Assembly (NCBI GenBank): GCA_964540825.1
Contig: CAZINT010000001.1
Coordinates: forward strand, 219,396-283,395
Source of the DNA: an uncultured Gammaproteobacteria bacterium
GTDB lineage: Bacteria; Patescibacteriota; Patescibacteriia; Magasanikbacterales; GWA2-37-8
DNA: 64,000 bases
Reading direction: 5' to 3'
Shown in pieces: positions 30,305 through 39,000 of the stretch (the stretch's first letter is position 1; every line of letters begins with the position of its first letter). Made by a program: the position numbers and the translations under genes. Under the pieces are notes generated by a model. The model was not told where the DNA came from and did no database searches. It saw nothing but the letters and a program-made list of their open reading frames with translations.

Positions 30305-30679
30305 TTATTCTTCCGGAAAGATTTGTTTACCCTGTTCATCGTAGAGAAGTATCGCCAGTACCGGGCATGACTGCGCAGACATAAGGAGCGTGTCGTCGTC
30401 GGCTGCGTCGGGGTCGACAATGTACGCCAGGTTTTCGTCATCCATCTGAAAGACACCAGGCGTAACGGCGACACACGAACGGGCCCCAATACACTTGGCC
30501 CGGTCAACAACAATGTGACGTATTTTCCCGGTGGCGCGAGCTCGATAATCATTTTTTTCAGGGAGTGGGAAGGGGAGTGGTGCGGTTGGCTCCATAGGAC
30601 GATTTGGTAAAGCTGTAAGCGGATTAGGCAGAATAGGCAAAGTAAGTATAATTTTAGCTTTGCTGAGGGTTATTGTCAA
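30305..30679 (-). CDS. ferredoxin-like protein
   Basis: CIGARSC...CP cluster-binding pattern. Confidence 0.45.
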   Translation of the reverse strand: MTITLSKAKIILTLPILPNPLTALPNRPMEPTAPLPFPLPEKNDYRARATGKIRHIVVDRAKCIGARSCVAVTPGVFQMDDENLAYIVDPDAADDDTLLMSAQSCPVLAILLYDEQGKQIFPEE

Positions 30680-31092
30680 CGTTTCAGATATGCTTCAAAC
30701 ACGGGGTACAGGTTTGGAATTACATTGGCCTGCATGTATTCTTTGGGGTCTATCCAGGCGTAGGCCGAGTGGTCGGTGCTAAGTGTTACGTGATCAGCTT
30801 CGGCTGTGCATTCAAAGAAAATACCAACAATTTGCCACGGTTCATCTTTAACCGTAGGCCGCCATTCGTTGACGAAGAACGGTTTGCCGATCGTTATCGC
30901 AAGCCCAGTTTCTTCCAGGACTTCACGCCGTAATGCATCGTCAAAGCGTTCGCCGGGCTGGATTCTGCCACCTACCACATCGTATTTGCTCGCATTGGTG
31001 CCATCTGCGTATTTATTGGATTCTTGCAGGACTAATATTTTGCCTTGGTAGGTAATAAAGGCCTTGGTAGCCACAAATAATTTTGGTTCCAT
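30676..31092 (-). CDS. NUDIX hydrolase
   Basis: Nudix box GGRIQPGERFDDALRREVLEETGL. Confidence 0.8.
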   Translation of the reverse strand: MEPKLFVATKAFITYQGKILVLQESNKYADGTNASKYDVVGGRIQPGERFDDALRREVLEETGLAITIGKPFFVNEWRPTVKDEPWQIVGIFFECTAEADHVTLSTDHSAYAWIDPKEYMQANVIPNLYPVFEAYLKR

Positions 31093-31096
31093 ACGT

Positions 31097-31423
31097 TTAA
31101 AAAATATCTCCTAAAAAATCGTCCTTGGCAATAGTGTCGAGTGTTGGGTGCACCAGTTTTTGCACTTCATTCTTGTCAATTTTTTCGGCAATCGTTTTGG
31201 TGTTGGCTTCGTGAATAATATATTCGTCATTAATCACCACGTTAGGGCCTTGTTCGCAGTAATCCACACATTCGGTAAAATCCAAATCAACTCGTTCGTT
31301 TTTTAAACCAAACGCCAGCCCAAAATGCTCTTCAAGCCGATTCATAATAGATTGTGAATTGCGCGCCGAGCATTTGTTGCCGCAGCAGACGCGAATTTGT
31401 TTAGGGGGCATACTGTTAAACAC
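31097..31423 (-). CDS. thioredoxin-like [2Fe-2S] ferredoxin (NuoE-like)
   Basis: CCGNKC ... CVDYC Cys pattern. Confidence 0.5.
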   Translation of the reverse strand: MFNSMPPKQIRVCCGNKCSARNSQSIMNRLEEHFGLAFGLKNERVDLDFTECVDYCEQGPNVVINDEYIIHEANTKTIAEKIDKNEVQKLVHPTLDTIAKDDFLGDIF

Positions 31424-31697
31424 CCATCATAACCCGAACTTCATCGGGTATTTTGTACGGCGGGTCAAAGGTAAGCTCTATGCTTACTTCCTGCCCGCTG
31501 CCGTCCAAAGCTTTTTTAATTTCCTCGTTAATTTGGGGGCCCCAGGGGCAAAAGGGGGTAGTATAGGTCATAAGAATATCGATTTTTTGGTCGGTAACGG
31601 TGAGTTTATAAATCAGGCCCATAGTCCAAATATCCAAAGCAATTTCAGGGTCTTTGACGGTTTTGAGTTTTTCGATTATCTGATCACGAGTAAACAT
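31416..31697 (-). CDS. Fe-S cluster assembly factor, DUF59/SufT-like
   Basis: DPEIALDIWTMGLIY and TPFCP motifs. Confidence 0.7.
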   Translation of the reverse strand: MFTRDQIIEKLKTVKDPEIALDIWTMGLIYKLTVTDQKIDILMTYTTPFCPWGPQINEEIKKALDGSGQEVSIELTFDPPYKIPDEVRVMMGV

Positions 31698-31701
31698 ACA
31701 G

Positions 31702-32430
31702 TTATTTATATTGTTCGTAGCCTTTGATTTCTATCTCCTTTGCCAACTCTTTCCCGCCAGATTTTACAATCTTTCCCTTTACCATAACATGTACAAAATC
31801 AGGCACGATGTATTCAAGAATGCGGTTGTAGTGGGTGATAAGTAACAATCCCTTTTCAGCTGTTCGGAATTTGTTGATGCCATCGGCGACAATGCGGAGT
31901 GCGTCGACATCGAGGCCGGAGTCGGTTTCGTCGAGGACAGCGTACGTGGGGTTAAGAAGAGCGAGTTGTAATACTTCAAGGCGTTTTTTTTCGCCGCCGG
32001 AAAAACCGATTCCGAGTGAGCGTTTGATAAACGCCAGGTCGATACTGAGACTGTTCATGGTTTCGGTTAGTTTTTTATGAAAGTCGAGCGGATTTTGCGG
32101 CTCGCCGCTAATTGCCTGCACCGCTGTACGTAGAAAATGCCCAACAGTAACACCTGCAAGCTCTGGTGGGTATTGCATGGATAAAAAGAGGCCGGCTTTG
32201 GCGCGTTTGTCGGGGGAGAGGGTGGTAAGGTCTTCACCCTTCAAGAGTATTTTACCGCTCGTAACGGTGTATTTAGGATGCCCGGCGAGCGTGTTGGCGA
32301 GCGTGGATTTGCCCGAGCCGTTGGGGCCCATAATGGCATGTACTTCGCCGGGGTTGATGACGAGACTTAGGTTTTCAATAATGATTTTATTGTCGGTAGT
32401 GATGGATAATTGTTGTAATTTAAGGGCCAT
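31702..32430 (-). CDS. sufC: Fe-S cluster assembly ATPase SufC
   Basis: Walker A GPNGSGKSTL and ABC signature. ATG at 32430 is preferred over the track TTG at 32454. Confidence 0.85.
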   Translation of the reverse strand: MALKLQQLSITTDNKIIIENLSLVINPGEVHAIMGPNGSGKSTLANTLAGHPKYTVTSGKILLKGEDLTTLSPDKRAKAGLFLSMQYPPELAGVTVGHFLRTAVQAISGEPQNPLDFHKKLTETMNSLSIDLAFIKRSLGIGFSGGEKKRLEVLQLALLNPTYAVLDETDSGLDVDALRIVADGINKFRTAEKGLLLITHYNRILEYIVPDFVHVMVKGKIVKSGGKELAKEIEIKGYEQYK

Positions 32431-32447
32431 AACGGAGGTGGATAAGA

Positions 32448-32476
32448 TTGACAAAATGCTTAAAATGTGCTATACA
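32448..32476 (+). promoter_or_regulatory. consensus sigma70 promoter for cassette D (antisense to suf operon)
   Basis: TTGACA, 17 nt, TGTGC TATACA. The -35 element overlaps the sufC 5' end. Confidence 0.55.
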
Positions 32477-32567
32477 TAGGGGTAACTTGTGTAAACTATA
32501 GAACTTTAGTTTTGGCTAAAATGCTGTGGTTTCCGGACGTTATGTCCTTGATTTCGGAGGAAACACC

Positions 32568-32816
32568 ATGTGGCTCTTTGATCGTTGGGGCGATTTGTTC
32601 CAGGTCAGCATACTGGCAGGAATTGCCGTCCTCCCGGTCGTGCTGGTTGCCTTTCTGGTTGTGATCCAGGTTGCGATCTTGATCGTTCGTCGCAGCTTCG
32701 GCACGTTGGAGTACGGTCTCCTCTTGGGGGCTGCTCTCGCCTTCATCTTCCCCAAGAGGTCGATCGCCGCGCTCATCGTAGCGGCGCTGCTTGTTGCCCT
32801 CACCCTCCATCACTAA
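32568..32816 (+). CDS. high-GC small membrane protein, 82 aa (cassette D)
   Basis: GGAGG 7 nt upstream of the ATG. Two to three TM helices. GC-rich codons. Confidence 0.4.
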   Translation: MWLFDRWGDLFQVSILAGIAVLPVVLVAFLVVIQVAILIVRRSFGTLEYGLLLGAALAFIFPKRSIAALIVAALLVALTLHH

Positions 32817-32834
32817 GCCTGGGCATGCCTTCGC

Positions 32835-33242
32835 TTAGTTCGACCCGGTCTTCGTGACCGGGTTCGCTGTTTTTAAGCTATGCTGCAACGCCTTGAGACC
32901 CAGTAGGGCACAGCGCATGCGGGTTGGGTTTAGGTTTTTTAGGCCAAGTAAATCTAAAAGTGTTTCACCAGTTAGTTGCTCGATTTCTTGTTTGGTTTTA
33001 CCTTTGACATGTTCAGTAAGTAAGGAAGTGGCGGCTTGTGAAATGGCGCAGCCGTCGCCTTGGTAACCAATATCTTCCAGCCTATCACCGGCATCAAATT
33101 TAAGAAAGAGCTCGACTTTGTCGCCGCAGAGTGGATTGAATTCGACAAAACTGATATCAAAAACAGCCGGTCTTTTTTTGTTTAGCGGATGGCGATACAA
33201 ATCAAGGAGTAGTTCGGAATAAAGTTCTTGGTCAGTGTCCAT
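32835..33242 (-). CDS. sufU: SufU/IscU-type Fe-S scaffold
   Basis: NPLCGDKVEL ... GDGCAISQA motifs. Confidence 0.8.
   Translation of the reverse strand: MDTDQELYSELLLDLYRHPLNKKRPAVFDISFVEFNPLCGDKVELFLKFDAGDRLEDIGYQGDGCAISQAATSLLTEHVKGKTKQEIEQLTGETLLDLLGLKNLNPTRMRCALLGLKALQHSLKTANPVTKTGSN
32842..32875 (+). terminator. intrinsic terminator of cassette D
   Basis: gacccggtc-ttcgt-gaccgggtt then gctgttttt. Lies within the 3' coding end of sufU on the opposite strand. Confidence 0.55.
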
Positions 33243-33245
33243 ATA

Positions 33246-33644
33246 TTATCTGTTTGCAAGCTGGCCTAAGCCACAGAGGAGCAATAACAATGGTGGTACA
33301 GCAGCGGCAAGCACGCGAACAAACTGGTGACGACAATGTATTTTTTCGTAGATGTATCCCGAAACAAAGGCGGTGAATGACCAAAGTATAATCGTGCACA
33401 AAGTAAACAGGCTTAAAGACATTGTATATGTTTGCGTATCAATAAGAGCTGATAGGCCAATGAGATTGCAAAGTCCAATGCAGGAAAGCCAAAAAATTGA
33501 GCCAATGGAAGCGAGGAGTGCAACTGGAATATTCCACAAGCTCGGGTCTGATTTCACAAACAAAAAATCATTAATAATGATCCAACCAAAAATGCCAATG
33601 AGTCCAAGGGCGGTGTAGAGGGTTGCCTCAAAGCGGGGTTTCAT
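33246..33644 (-). CDS. small membrane protein
   Basis: 132 aa, 4 TM helices. Confidence 0.4.
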   Translation of the reverse strand: MKPRFEATLYTALGLIGIFGWIIINDFLFVKSDPSLWNIPVALLASIGSIFWLSCIGLCNLIGLSALIDTQTYTMSLSLFTLCTIILWSFTAFVSGYIYEKIHCRHQFVRVLAAAVPPLLLLLCGLGQLANR

Positions 33645-33646
33645 AG

Positions 33647-34840
33647 TTAGTTAAAAATTTTCTTAACGTCCTTAATGCCGATAACGAGTTTATCAATATC
33701 TTCAGTAGTATTGTAGACCCCAAACGAAACGCGAGTCGTACCGCCGAGTTCTAAATAATCCATAAGCGGCATGGTGCAGTGGTGGCCGGCACGAACAGCG
33801 ATGTGGTGGCGATTGAGCACTTCGGCAATATCGTGCGGGTGAATGTCGGGAATGACAAAAGAAATAATTCCTTTGTGCGTGGCAATATTTTTGGTTCCGA
33901 TAATACTTACTTCGGGCGCTAATTTTTCGAGTGCGTAGCTGAGCAGCTGATTGTCGTGCGTCTGAATTGCGTCCCAGCTGATAGCGGAAACAAAATCGAT
34001 CGCTGCACCAAGCCCGATCGCTCCGGCGATGTTCGGTGTGCCGGCCTCAAATTTGTTTGGTGCTTCGGCCCAGGTGGCAGAGGTATAGGTAACGCTCTCA
34101 ATCATATCGCCGCCATAGAAAAATGGTTCCAGCGTTTCGAGGTTTTTCTTTTTGCCATAGACAATGCCGATGCCGGTCGGTCCGTAGATCTTATGCCCGG
34201 AGAAAACGAGGTAATCGCAATCAAGTTCGCGAACATTTATTGGGGTATGGGCAATTGCTTGGGCGGCATCAATAATCGTAGTTGCCCCGCGCACTTTGGC
34301 AAGATCAATGATTTTTTGGATTGGTACGAGCGTGCCAAGCGTGTTTGATAGTGCAGTGACACTAACGATTTTTGTTTTACTGTCGATAAGTTCGGCGGCC
34401 GAAGCAAGGTCGATTTCGGTGCTTTCAGAAAGTTCAATAAACCTGAGTTCAAAATCAAATTCCTTGGCCATTTCTTGCCAAGGGATAATATTGGCATGGT
34501 GTTCGAGGCGGGTGAGAACAACGTTGTCGCCTGACCCAAGATTTTTACAAAGACTTTGGGCAAGCAAATTCAGTCCGTGTGTTGTACCGGACGTAAAAAT
34601 AATTTCATCTGCGTCTGCGCCGATGAAGCGGGCAACTTTTTCTTTAGCAGCTTCATAAGCGGTGCTCGCTTGTTCGCTGAGTGCATACACGCCACGGTGA
34701 ATGTTGGCGCGATAGTTGGTGTAATACTCGTTCATGGCATCAAGCACAACCCGGGGTGTCTGTGTGCTAGAGGCGTTATCAAGATAGGCCAAGTCGGGTT
34801 GGTTTTGGAAAATAGGAAAATTGTTTTTATTGGTATTCAT
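33647..34840 (-). CDS. sufS: cysteine desulfurase SufS
   Basis: Class V aminotransferase fold, SGHKIYGP PLP-lysine region, catalytic Cys region. Confidence 0.85.
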   Translation of the reverse strand: MNTNKNNFPIFQNQPDLAYLDNASSTQTPRVVLDAMNEYYTNYRANIHRGVYALSEQASTAYEAAKEKVARFIGADADEIIFTSGTTHGLNLLAQSLCKNLGSGDNVVLTRLEHHANIIPWQEMAKEFDFELRFIELSESTEIDLASAAELIDSKTKIVSVTALSNTLGTLVPIQKIIDLAKVRGATTIIDAAQAIAHTPINVRELDCDYLVFSGHKIYGPTGIGIVYGKKKNLETLEPFFYGGDMIESVTYTSATWAEAPNKFEAGTPNIAGAIGLGAAIDFVSAISWDAIQTHDNQLLSYALEKLAPEVSIIGTKNIATHKGIISFVIPDIHPHDIAEVLNRHHIAVRAGHHCTMPLMDYLELGGTTRVSFGVYNTTEDIDKLVIGIKDVKKIFN

Positions 34841-34852
34841 AGGAGTTTCAGC

Positions 34853-35437
34853 TTAATCTTCAAGTAACCAGCTCACCACCAGGAAGCTTACCGCTTCGAG
34901 CCCGATTATGCCAGCGATATAGCGGACATTTTCAAAAAAGATCCCGATGATAATGAACACGCTGCAGCCCAGTATGCCCACGATGCGTGCGCAGCCGCTG
35001 GCGGTTTTGAGCGATTTGACTTTGGTAAGAGCTAAAAAATACGAAACACCAAGACAGAAAATATTGAAAAGAAGTGGTGCCCACCAGGTTGTTTCAGTTC
35101 GTTCAAAAGGGAAGTGGCCAAGTGCCAGCCAGATATTTACCCCAAGCAGCGCGAGGGTAATACTAATTTTACATACTTCGCTAAATGTTTTTGGAACAAT
35201 TGATTTTGCTACTCGATTGGGATCGTTCAAGAAAGTTTTGATACGACCGAAAAAAGCGCGTTCAATGCTAAAGAAAACAAAAAACCAGACAAGAAGGGGG
35301 ATGATAACACTGCTCGTGATATTCTCGACAAAACTTTGAAAAATAAAAAAACCAACGGCATTAAAAACCAAGAGGCTGCCCAGCGCCCCCCAATAGGAAA
35401 GCGGGTATACTTCGTGCATGTGTTGTTGGTGCTGCAT
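34853..35437 (-). CDS. membrane protein (suf-operon associated)
   Basis: 194 aa, multiple TM helices. Confidence 0.4.
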   Translation of the reverse strand: MQHQQHMHEVYPLSYWGALGSLLVFNAVGFFIFQSFVENITSSVIIPLLVWFFVFFSIERAFFGRIKTFLNDPNRVAKSIVPKTFSEVCKISITLALLGVNIWLALGHFPFERTETTWWAPLLFNIFCLGVSYFLALTKVKSLKTASGCARIVGILGCSVFIIIGIFFENVRYIAGIIGLEAVSFLVVSWLLED

Positions 35438-35445
35438 AGTATGTA

Positions 35446-36864
35446 TTAACCAACCGCACCTTCCATCTCAAGTTCAATCAGTTTATTCAGTTCAAGGGCA
35501 TATTCAACTGGAAGTGCTTTTACAATGGGTTCGATGAAGCCAGAAACTACTAAACGAATCGCTTCTTGCTCGCTGAGACCTCGGGATTGCAAAAAGAAAA
35601 TTTCTTCTTCACCGATTTTACCGACGCGGGCTTCGTGTGACACGGTGACTTGTTCGTTTTTAATTTTTAATTCCGGAATCGTATTCGCGATCGCGTTTTT
35701 CCCAATAAGAAGTGCATCACAGACCATGGAGGCGTTCACGTGTTCGGCTACCGGGGTAATATGAATGAGGCCGCGGAACGTATTGATGCCGCCGTTGACG
35801 GAAATAGATTTGGAAACAATTGTCGAACTGGTGTTGGGTGCGGCGTGAATCGCTTTGGCACCCGTATCCTGGTTTTGGCCAGGGCCGGCAAAGGCGATGC
35901 CGAGACTGTCCGAATGTGCGCCCCGACCGCGGAGGATCGACGATGGGTAGAGCATAGTTACACCCGAACCCATATTGCCATTAACCCATTCAATAACGCC
36001 GTCTTCGTCAACCAGGGCGCGTTTTGTATTCAGGTTATAGGTATCTTTGGACCAGTTTTCAATGGATGAGTAACGAACGCGTGCCCCGGCATGAACAAAA
36101 ATTTCCACGCACCCGGCATGGAGCGAGCTTGCGCCATAGCGCGGTGCACTGCAACCCTCGATATAGTGGAGCTGGGAACCTTCGTCGGCAATAATAAGAG
36201 TGTGTTCAAATTGGCCGCCTTGTTTCGCGTTCATGCGGAAGTAGGCTTGCAAAGGTAAATCAATGGTAACATTTTTTGGTACATAAATAAATGTGCCGCC
36301 ACTCCAAACAGCGCCATGGAGCATGGTAAATTTATGATCATGTGCCGGTACACACTGCGTCATGAAATATTTTTTCACCAGGTCAGGATATTTTTGGACA
36401 GCCGTATCCATGTTTTCAAAAATAACACCTTGTTCGGTCCATTGTTTTTTGAGATTGTGATAGACGATGTCGGAATCGTATTGTGCGCCAACGCCAGCGA
36501 GGGCCTTTTTTTCAGCTTCGGGAATGCCCAGGCGATCGAAGGTTTTTTTAATATTTTCGGGCACGTCTTCCCAGCTTGTACTTTCGCCCGTGTCAGGACG
36601 GACAAAATAGGTGATGGCGTCGAGATCAAGTTTGGTTAAATCTGGGCCCCAGGGAGGAAGGGGTTTGTTTTTAAATAATTCTAAAGCATGGAGGCGTTTT
36701 TGAAGCATCCAATCTGGTTCATTTTTTTGTTTGGCAATCTCGCGAACCAAGGCTTCGCTGAGGCCCGCAGTAGCCCGGTATTGATTATCTTCCGGGTTGG
36801 CGTCGTCGTAGAGTGAGCGATCTTGGCCAAGTTCCGCAGCGTTGTCTTTGCTAATTTTGGACAT
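35446..36864 (-). CDS. sufB: Fe-S cluster assembly protein SufB
   Basis: 472 aa. SufB/SufD beta-helix C-terminal region. Confidence 0.85.
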   Translation of the reverse strand: MSKISKDNAAELGQDRSLYDDANPEDNQYRATAGLSEALVREIAKQKNEPDWMLQKRLHALELFKNKPLPPWGPDLTKLDLDAITYFVRPDTGESTSWEDVPENIKKTFDRLGIPEAEKKALAGVGAQYDSDIVYHNLKKQWTEQGVIFENMDTAVQKYPDLVKKYFMTQCVPAHDHKFTMLHGAVWSGGTFIYVPKNVTIDLPLQAYFRMNAKQGGQFEHTLIIADEGSQLHYIEGCSAPRYGASSLHAGCVEIFVHAGARVRYSSIENWSKDTYNLNTKRALVDEDGVIEWVNGNMGSGVTMLYPSSILRGRGAHSDSLGIAFAGPGQNQDTGAKAIHAAPNTSSTIVSKSISVNGGINTFRGLIHITPVAEHVNASMVCDALLIGKNAIANTIPELKIKNEQVTVSHEARVGKIGEEEIFFLQSRGLSEQEAIRLVVSGFIEPIVKALPVEYALELNKLIELEMEGAVG

Positions 36865-36903
36865 TGGTATAGAATAAGGGTGTTACCAGGTTGTAACTGG
36901 TTA

Positions 36904-36932
36904 ATCTTAGCTAATTTTAGCGATTTTGTCAA
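36904..36932 (-). promoter_or_regulatory. consensus sigma70 promoter of suf operon
   Basis: Reverse strand reads TTGACA, 17 nt, TAAGAT. Confidence 0.5.
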
Positions 36933-36935
36933 TCT

Positions 36936-37640
36936 ATGACGGCTCCGGTACCTGAATATACGCTTACCCTCGTCAAGAAGACGGTTATTGCCCGCGATGT
37001 CTTGGAATTTCGGTTTACGAAACCTGCCGGTTTTGTCTTTAAAGCCGGGCAATTTTTGCAATTCCACATTCCGGTTGAAACGGGTATGGTGCTGCGGAGT
37101 TATTCCATAGCTTCGGCGCCCAAGGACGACTACATTGAAATTTGTCTTAAAGTTTTGCCCAACGGCAAAGCATCGGTGTTTTTATCGGCGCTTGAGGTGG
37201 GGGGGAGTGCTGTGGTGCAGGGGCCGGAAGGGCATTTTGTGTGTAAAGACGAACATGCCCCGCATAAAATTTTTATTGCGACCGGCACGGGTCTTGCGCC
37301 TATAATGAGTATGATACCTGAACAGCTTGCTGTGATACGAGAAGGGGCTCAGGTGCATGTGTTGTTTGGTGTTCGAAATGAAGCGGATCTTTTTTGGGCG
37401 GATCGTTTGATACGCTTTGAAAAAGAATATTCCCATTTTTCGCACCACGTGACTTTGTCGCAGCCCGATCAACCAACGGGTTGGCAGGGTTTGGTTGGAC
37501 GCGTTACATCGCATGTTCCACATCATCATTTGGAAGCAGAATATTATTTATGCGGCAGTTTAGAAATGGTGAAAGATGTGCGTAAAATACTGCTTGATAA
37601 AGGTGTCCCAATGAAACAAATTCATTTTGAAATTTTTTAA
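36936..37640 (+). CDS. FNR-like FAD/NAD(P)-binding oxidoreductase
   Basis: RSYSIAS FAD-binding motif, GTGLAPIMS NAD(P)-binding motif. Confidence 0.7.
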   Translation: MTAPVPEYTLTLVKKTVIARDVLEFRFTKPAGFVFKAGQFLQFHIPVETGMVLRSYSIASAPKDDYIEICLKVLPNGKASVFLSALEVGGSAVVQGPEGHFVCKDEHAPHKIFIATGTGLAPIMSMIPEQLAVIREGAQVHVLFGVRNEADLFWADRLIRFEKEYSHFSHHVTLSQPDQPTGWQGLVGRVTSHVPHHHLEAEYYLCGSLEMVKDVRKILLDKGVPMKQIHFEIF

Positions 37641-37651
37641 TTAATTATTTT

Positions 37652-37960
37652 ATGAAATCACCAGAAGGAATTATTGAAGAGTTAATGTCCATGTCGGACA
37701 GCGCCAGAAACAAAGAAAATCAAAAAAAGGTTGAGGATATGATGTCTGCAATTATGGCTGATCCTAAGTTTTCTGGACGAGAAATATTTCAGACTGATGA
37801 TGGTAGGGTGGTCACTCGAGAAGGTGAAGAGTTTAGAGAAGTAACTCTTTCCGACGAAGGTAAGGTTGTGGTAGGCGATGTGGCCGTACCATTTGAACCT
37901 AGGAAGTTTGAACCACGCCCGCCACGAAAAGTTAGACAGCCGCACCCTGATGCAAAATAG
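37652..37960 (+). CDS. hypothetical protein
   Basis: 102 aa acidic ORF. Confidence 0.3.
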   Translation: MKSPEGIIEELMSMSDSARNKENQKKVEDMMSAIMADPKFSGREIFQTDDGRVVTREGEEFREVTLSDEGKVVVGDVAVPFEPRKFEPRPPRKVRQPHPDAK

Positions 37961-37982
37961 TTCATTGGAAGCCTTAAAGACC

Positions 37983-38011
37983 TTGACAAAAGGTCTTTTT
38001 TGTGCTACACT
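37983..38011 (+). promoter_or_regulatory. consensus sigma70 promoter for cassette E
   Basis: TTGACA, 17 nt, TGTGC TACACT. About 200-nt AT-rich leader containing CGTTCTTTACAA. Confidence 0.55.
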
Positions 38012-38219
38012 ATTTGCGTCCTAGAATATAGGATAATCGTTCTTTACAAAGGAAATGATGAAGCAGGGCTCCCTGTTTGTGAGCGTTCCTGGTTACGAAG
38101 AAAGCTAATCTTAGCGGTTATTTTTCTCTGTAACGGGAGCTCCCCGGAGCTTAAAGTCTGGAATTCAGACTTTCCCTACTTCTCTTTCCTCAAAACTACA
38201 CACAGGAGTGTACGGTACA

Positions 38220-38804
38220 ATGTTCACCAAAAGTCTCCTCGCCGTGGTTCTGTTCACGCTTCTCGGTCTCTTGTCCTCGGCTCGTGCTGAATGTCACGCA
38301 GCGTCGGCAGGGCCCCACCACAGCATGGAAGTTGCTGTTAGCCTCGGATCTACGATTTGGGTCACTCACCCCGTAGAAGCCACCTTTGGTGCCGTACTCG
38401 GCATGCCGGTCAGCCACGATGGCTGCTGGTGGGTGCGCGGTGCCATCGAGCTCTACAAGCCGATCGGCAACCAGCCGCCTGGTTTCGCCGGCATTCTTTC
38501 GCTCACGCGGCGTATCAACCCCCGTTTGGAGCTTGGTGTTGCCGCCAGTGCCTTGTTGCCGTTTACGGAAGAGGCATACCACCACCCCGAAGAGGGGGCT
38601 GGGCTGCCGCCTCGTGAAGGTGTCATCCTTGTAGCTGGTCCGCAACTTCGCCTTCAGCCGACCGCGGCCTTTCCGACCATCGTCGTTACCCCCATGGGTG
38701 GTTACGAAATGAACGTCGGCAACGTGCTTGGTCTTTCGGTGGAGTTCGAGGCTGACCTCACTGGGGCCGTCTTCGACCTCGTGCACCGCCTGCGTCGCCA
38801 CTGA
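38220..38804 (+). CDS. high-GC secreted beta-rich protein (cassette E)
   Basis: Signal peptide MFTKSLLAVVLFTLLGLLSSARA. Alternating hydrophobic pattern suggests a beta fold. GC-rich. Confidence 0.45.
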   Translation: MFTKSLLAVVLFTLLGLLSSARAECHAASAGPHHSMEVAVSLGSTIWVTHPVEATFGAVLGMPVSHDGCWWVRGAIELYKPIGNQPPGFAGILSLTRRINPRLELGVAASALLPFTEEAYHHPEEGAGLPPREGVILVAGPQLRLQPTAAFPTIVVTPMGGYEMNVGNVLGLSVEFEADLTGAVFDLVHRLRRH

Positions 38805-38910
38805 CGCCACTTACTTTGTGTAGTTACTATCCAACGGGAGCTTCGGCTCCCCGGTTTCCAGAGTACAGAATTGACCTATTGTGTGTGCTGGCCGACCGTG
38901 CGCAAAAAGC

Positions 38911-38939
38911 TTGATTTATTTAGCTCTTTGTGCTAGACT
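38911..38939 (+). promoter_or_regulatory. sigma70-like promoter upstream of typA
   Basis: TTGATT, 17 nt, TGTGC TAGACT. Followed at 38963-38985 by the hairpin ctgct-ggaa-gcag plus ttttttt, 15 nt before the ATG. Confidence 0.45.
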
Positions 38940-39000
38940 TGCGCTGTACCCACGTAACCTTAATTTTACTGCTGGAAGCAGTTTTTTTGTTTAACATCGT

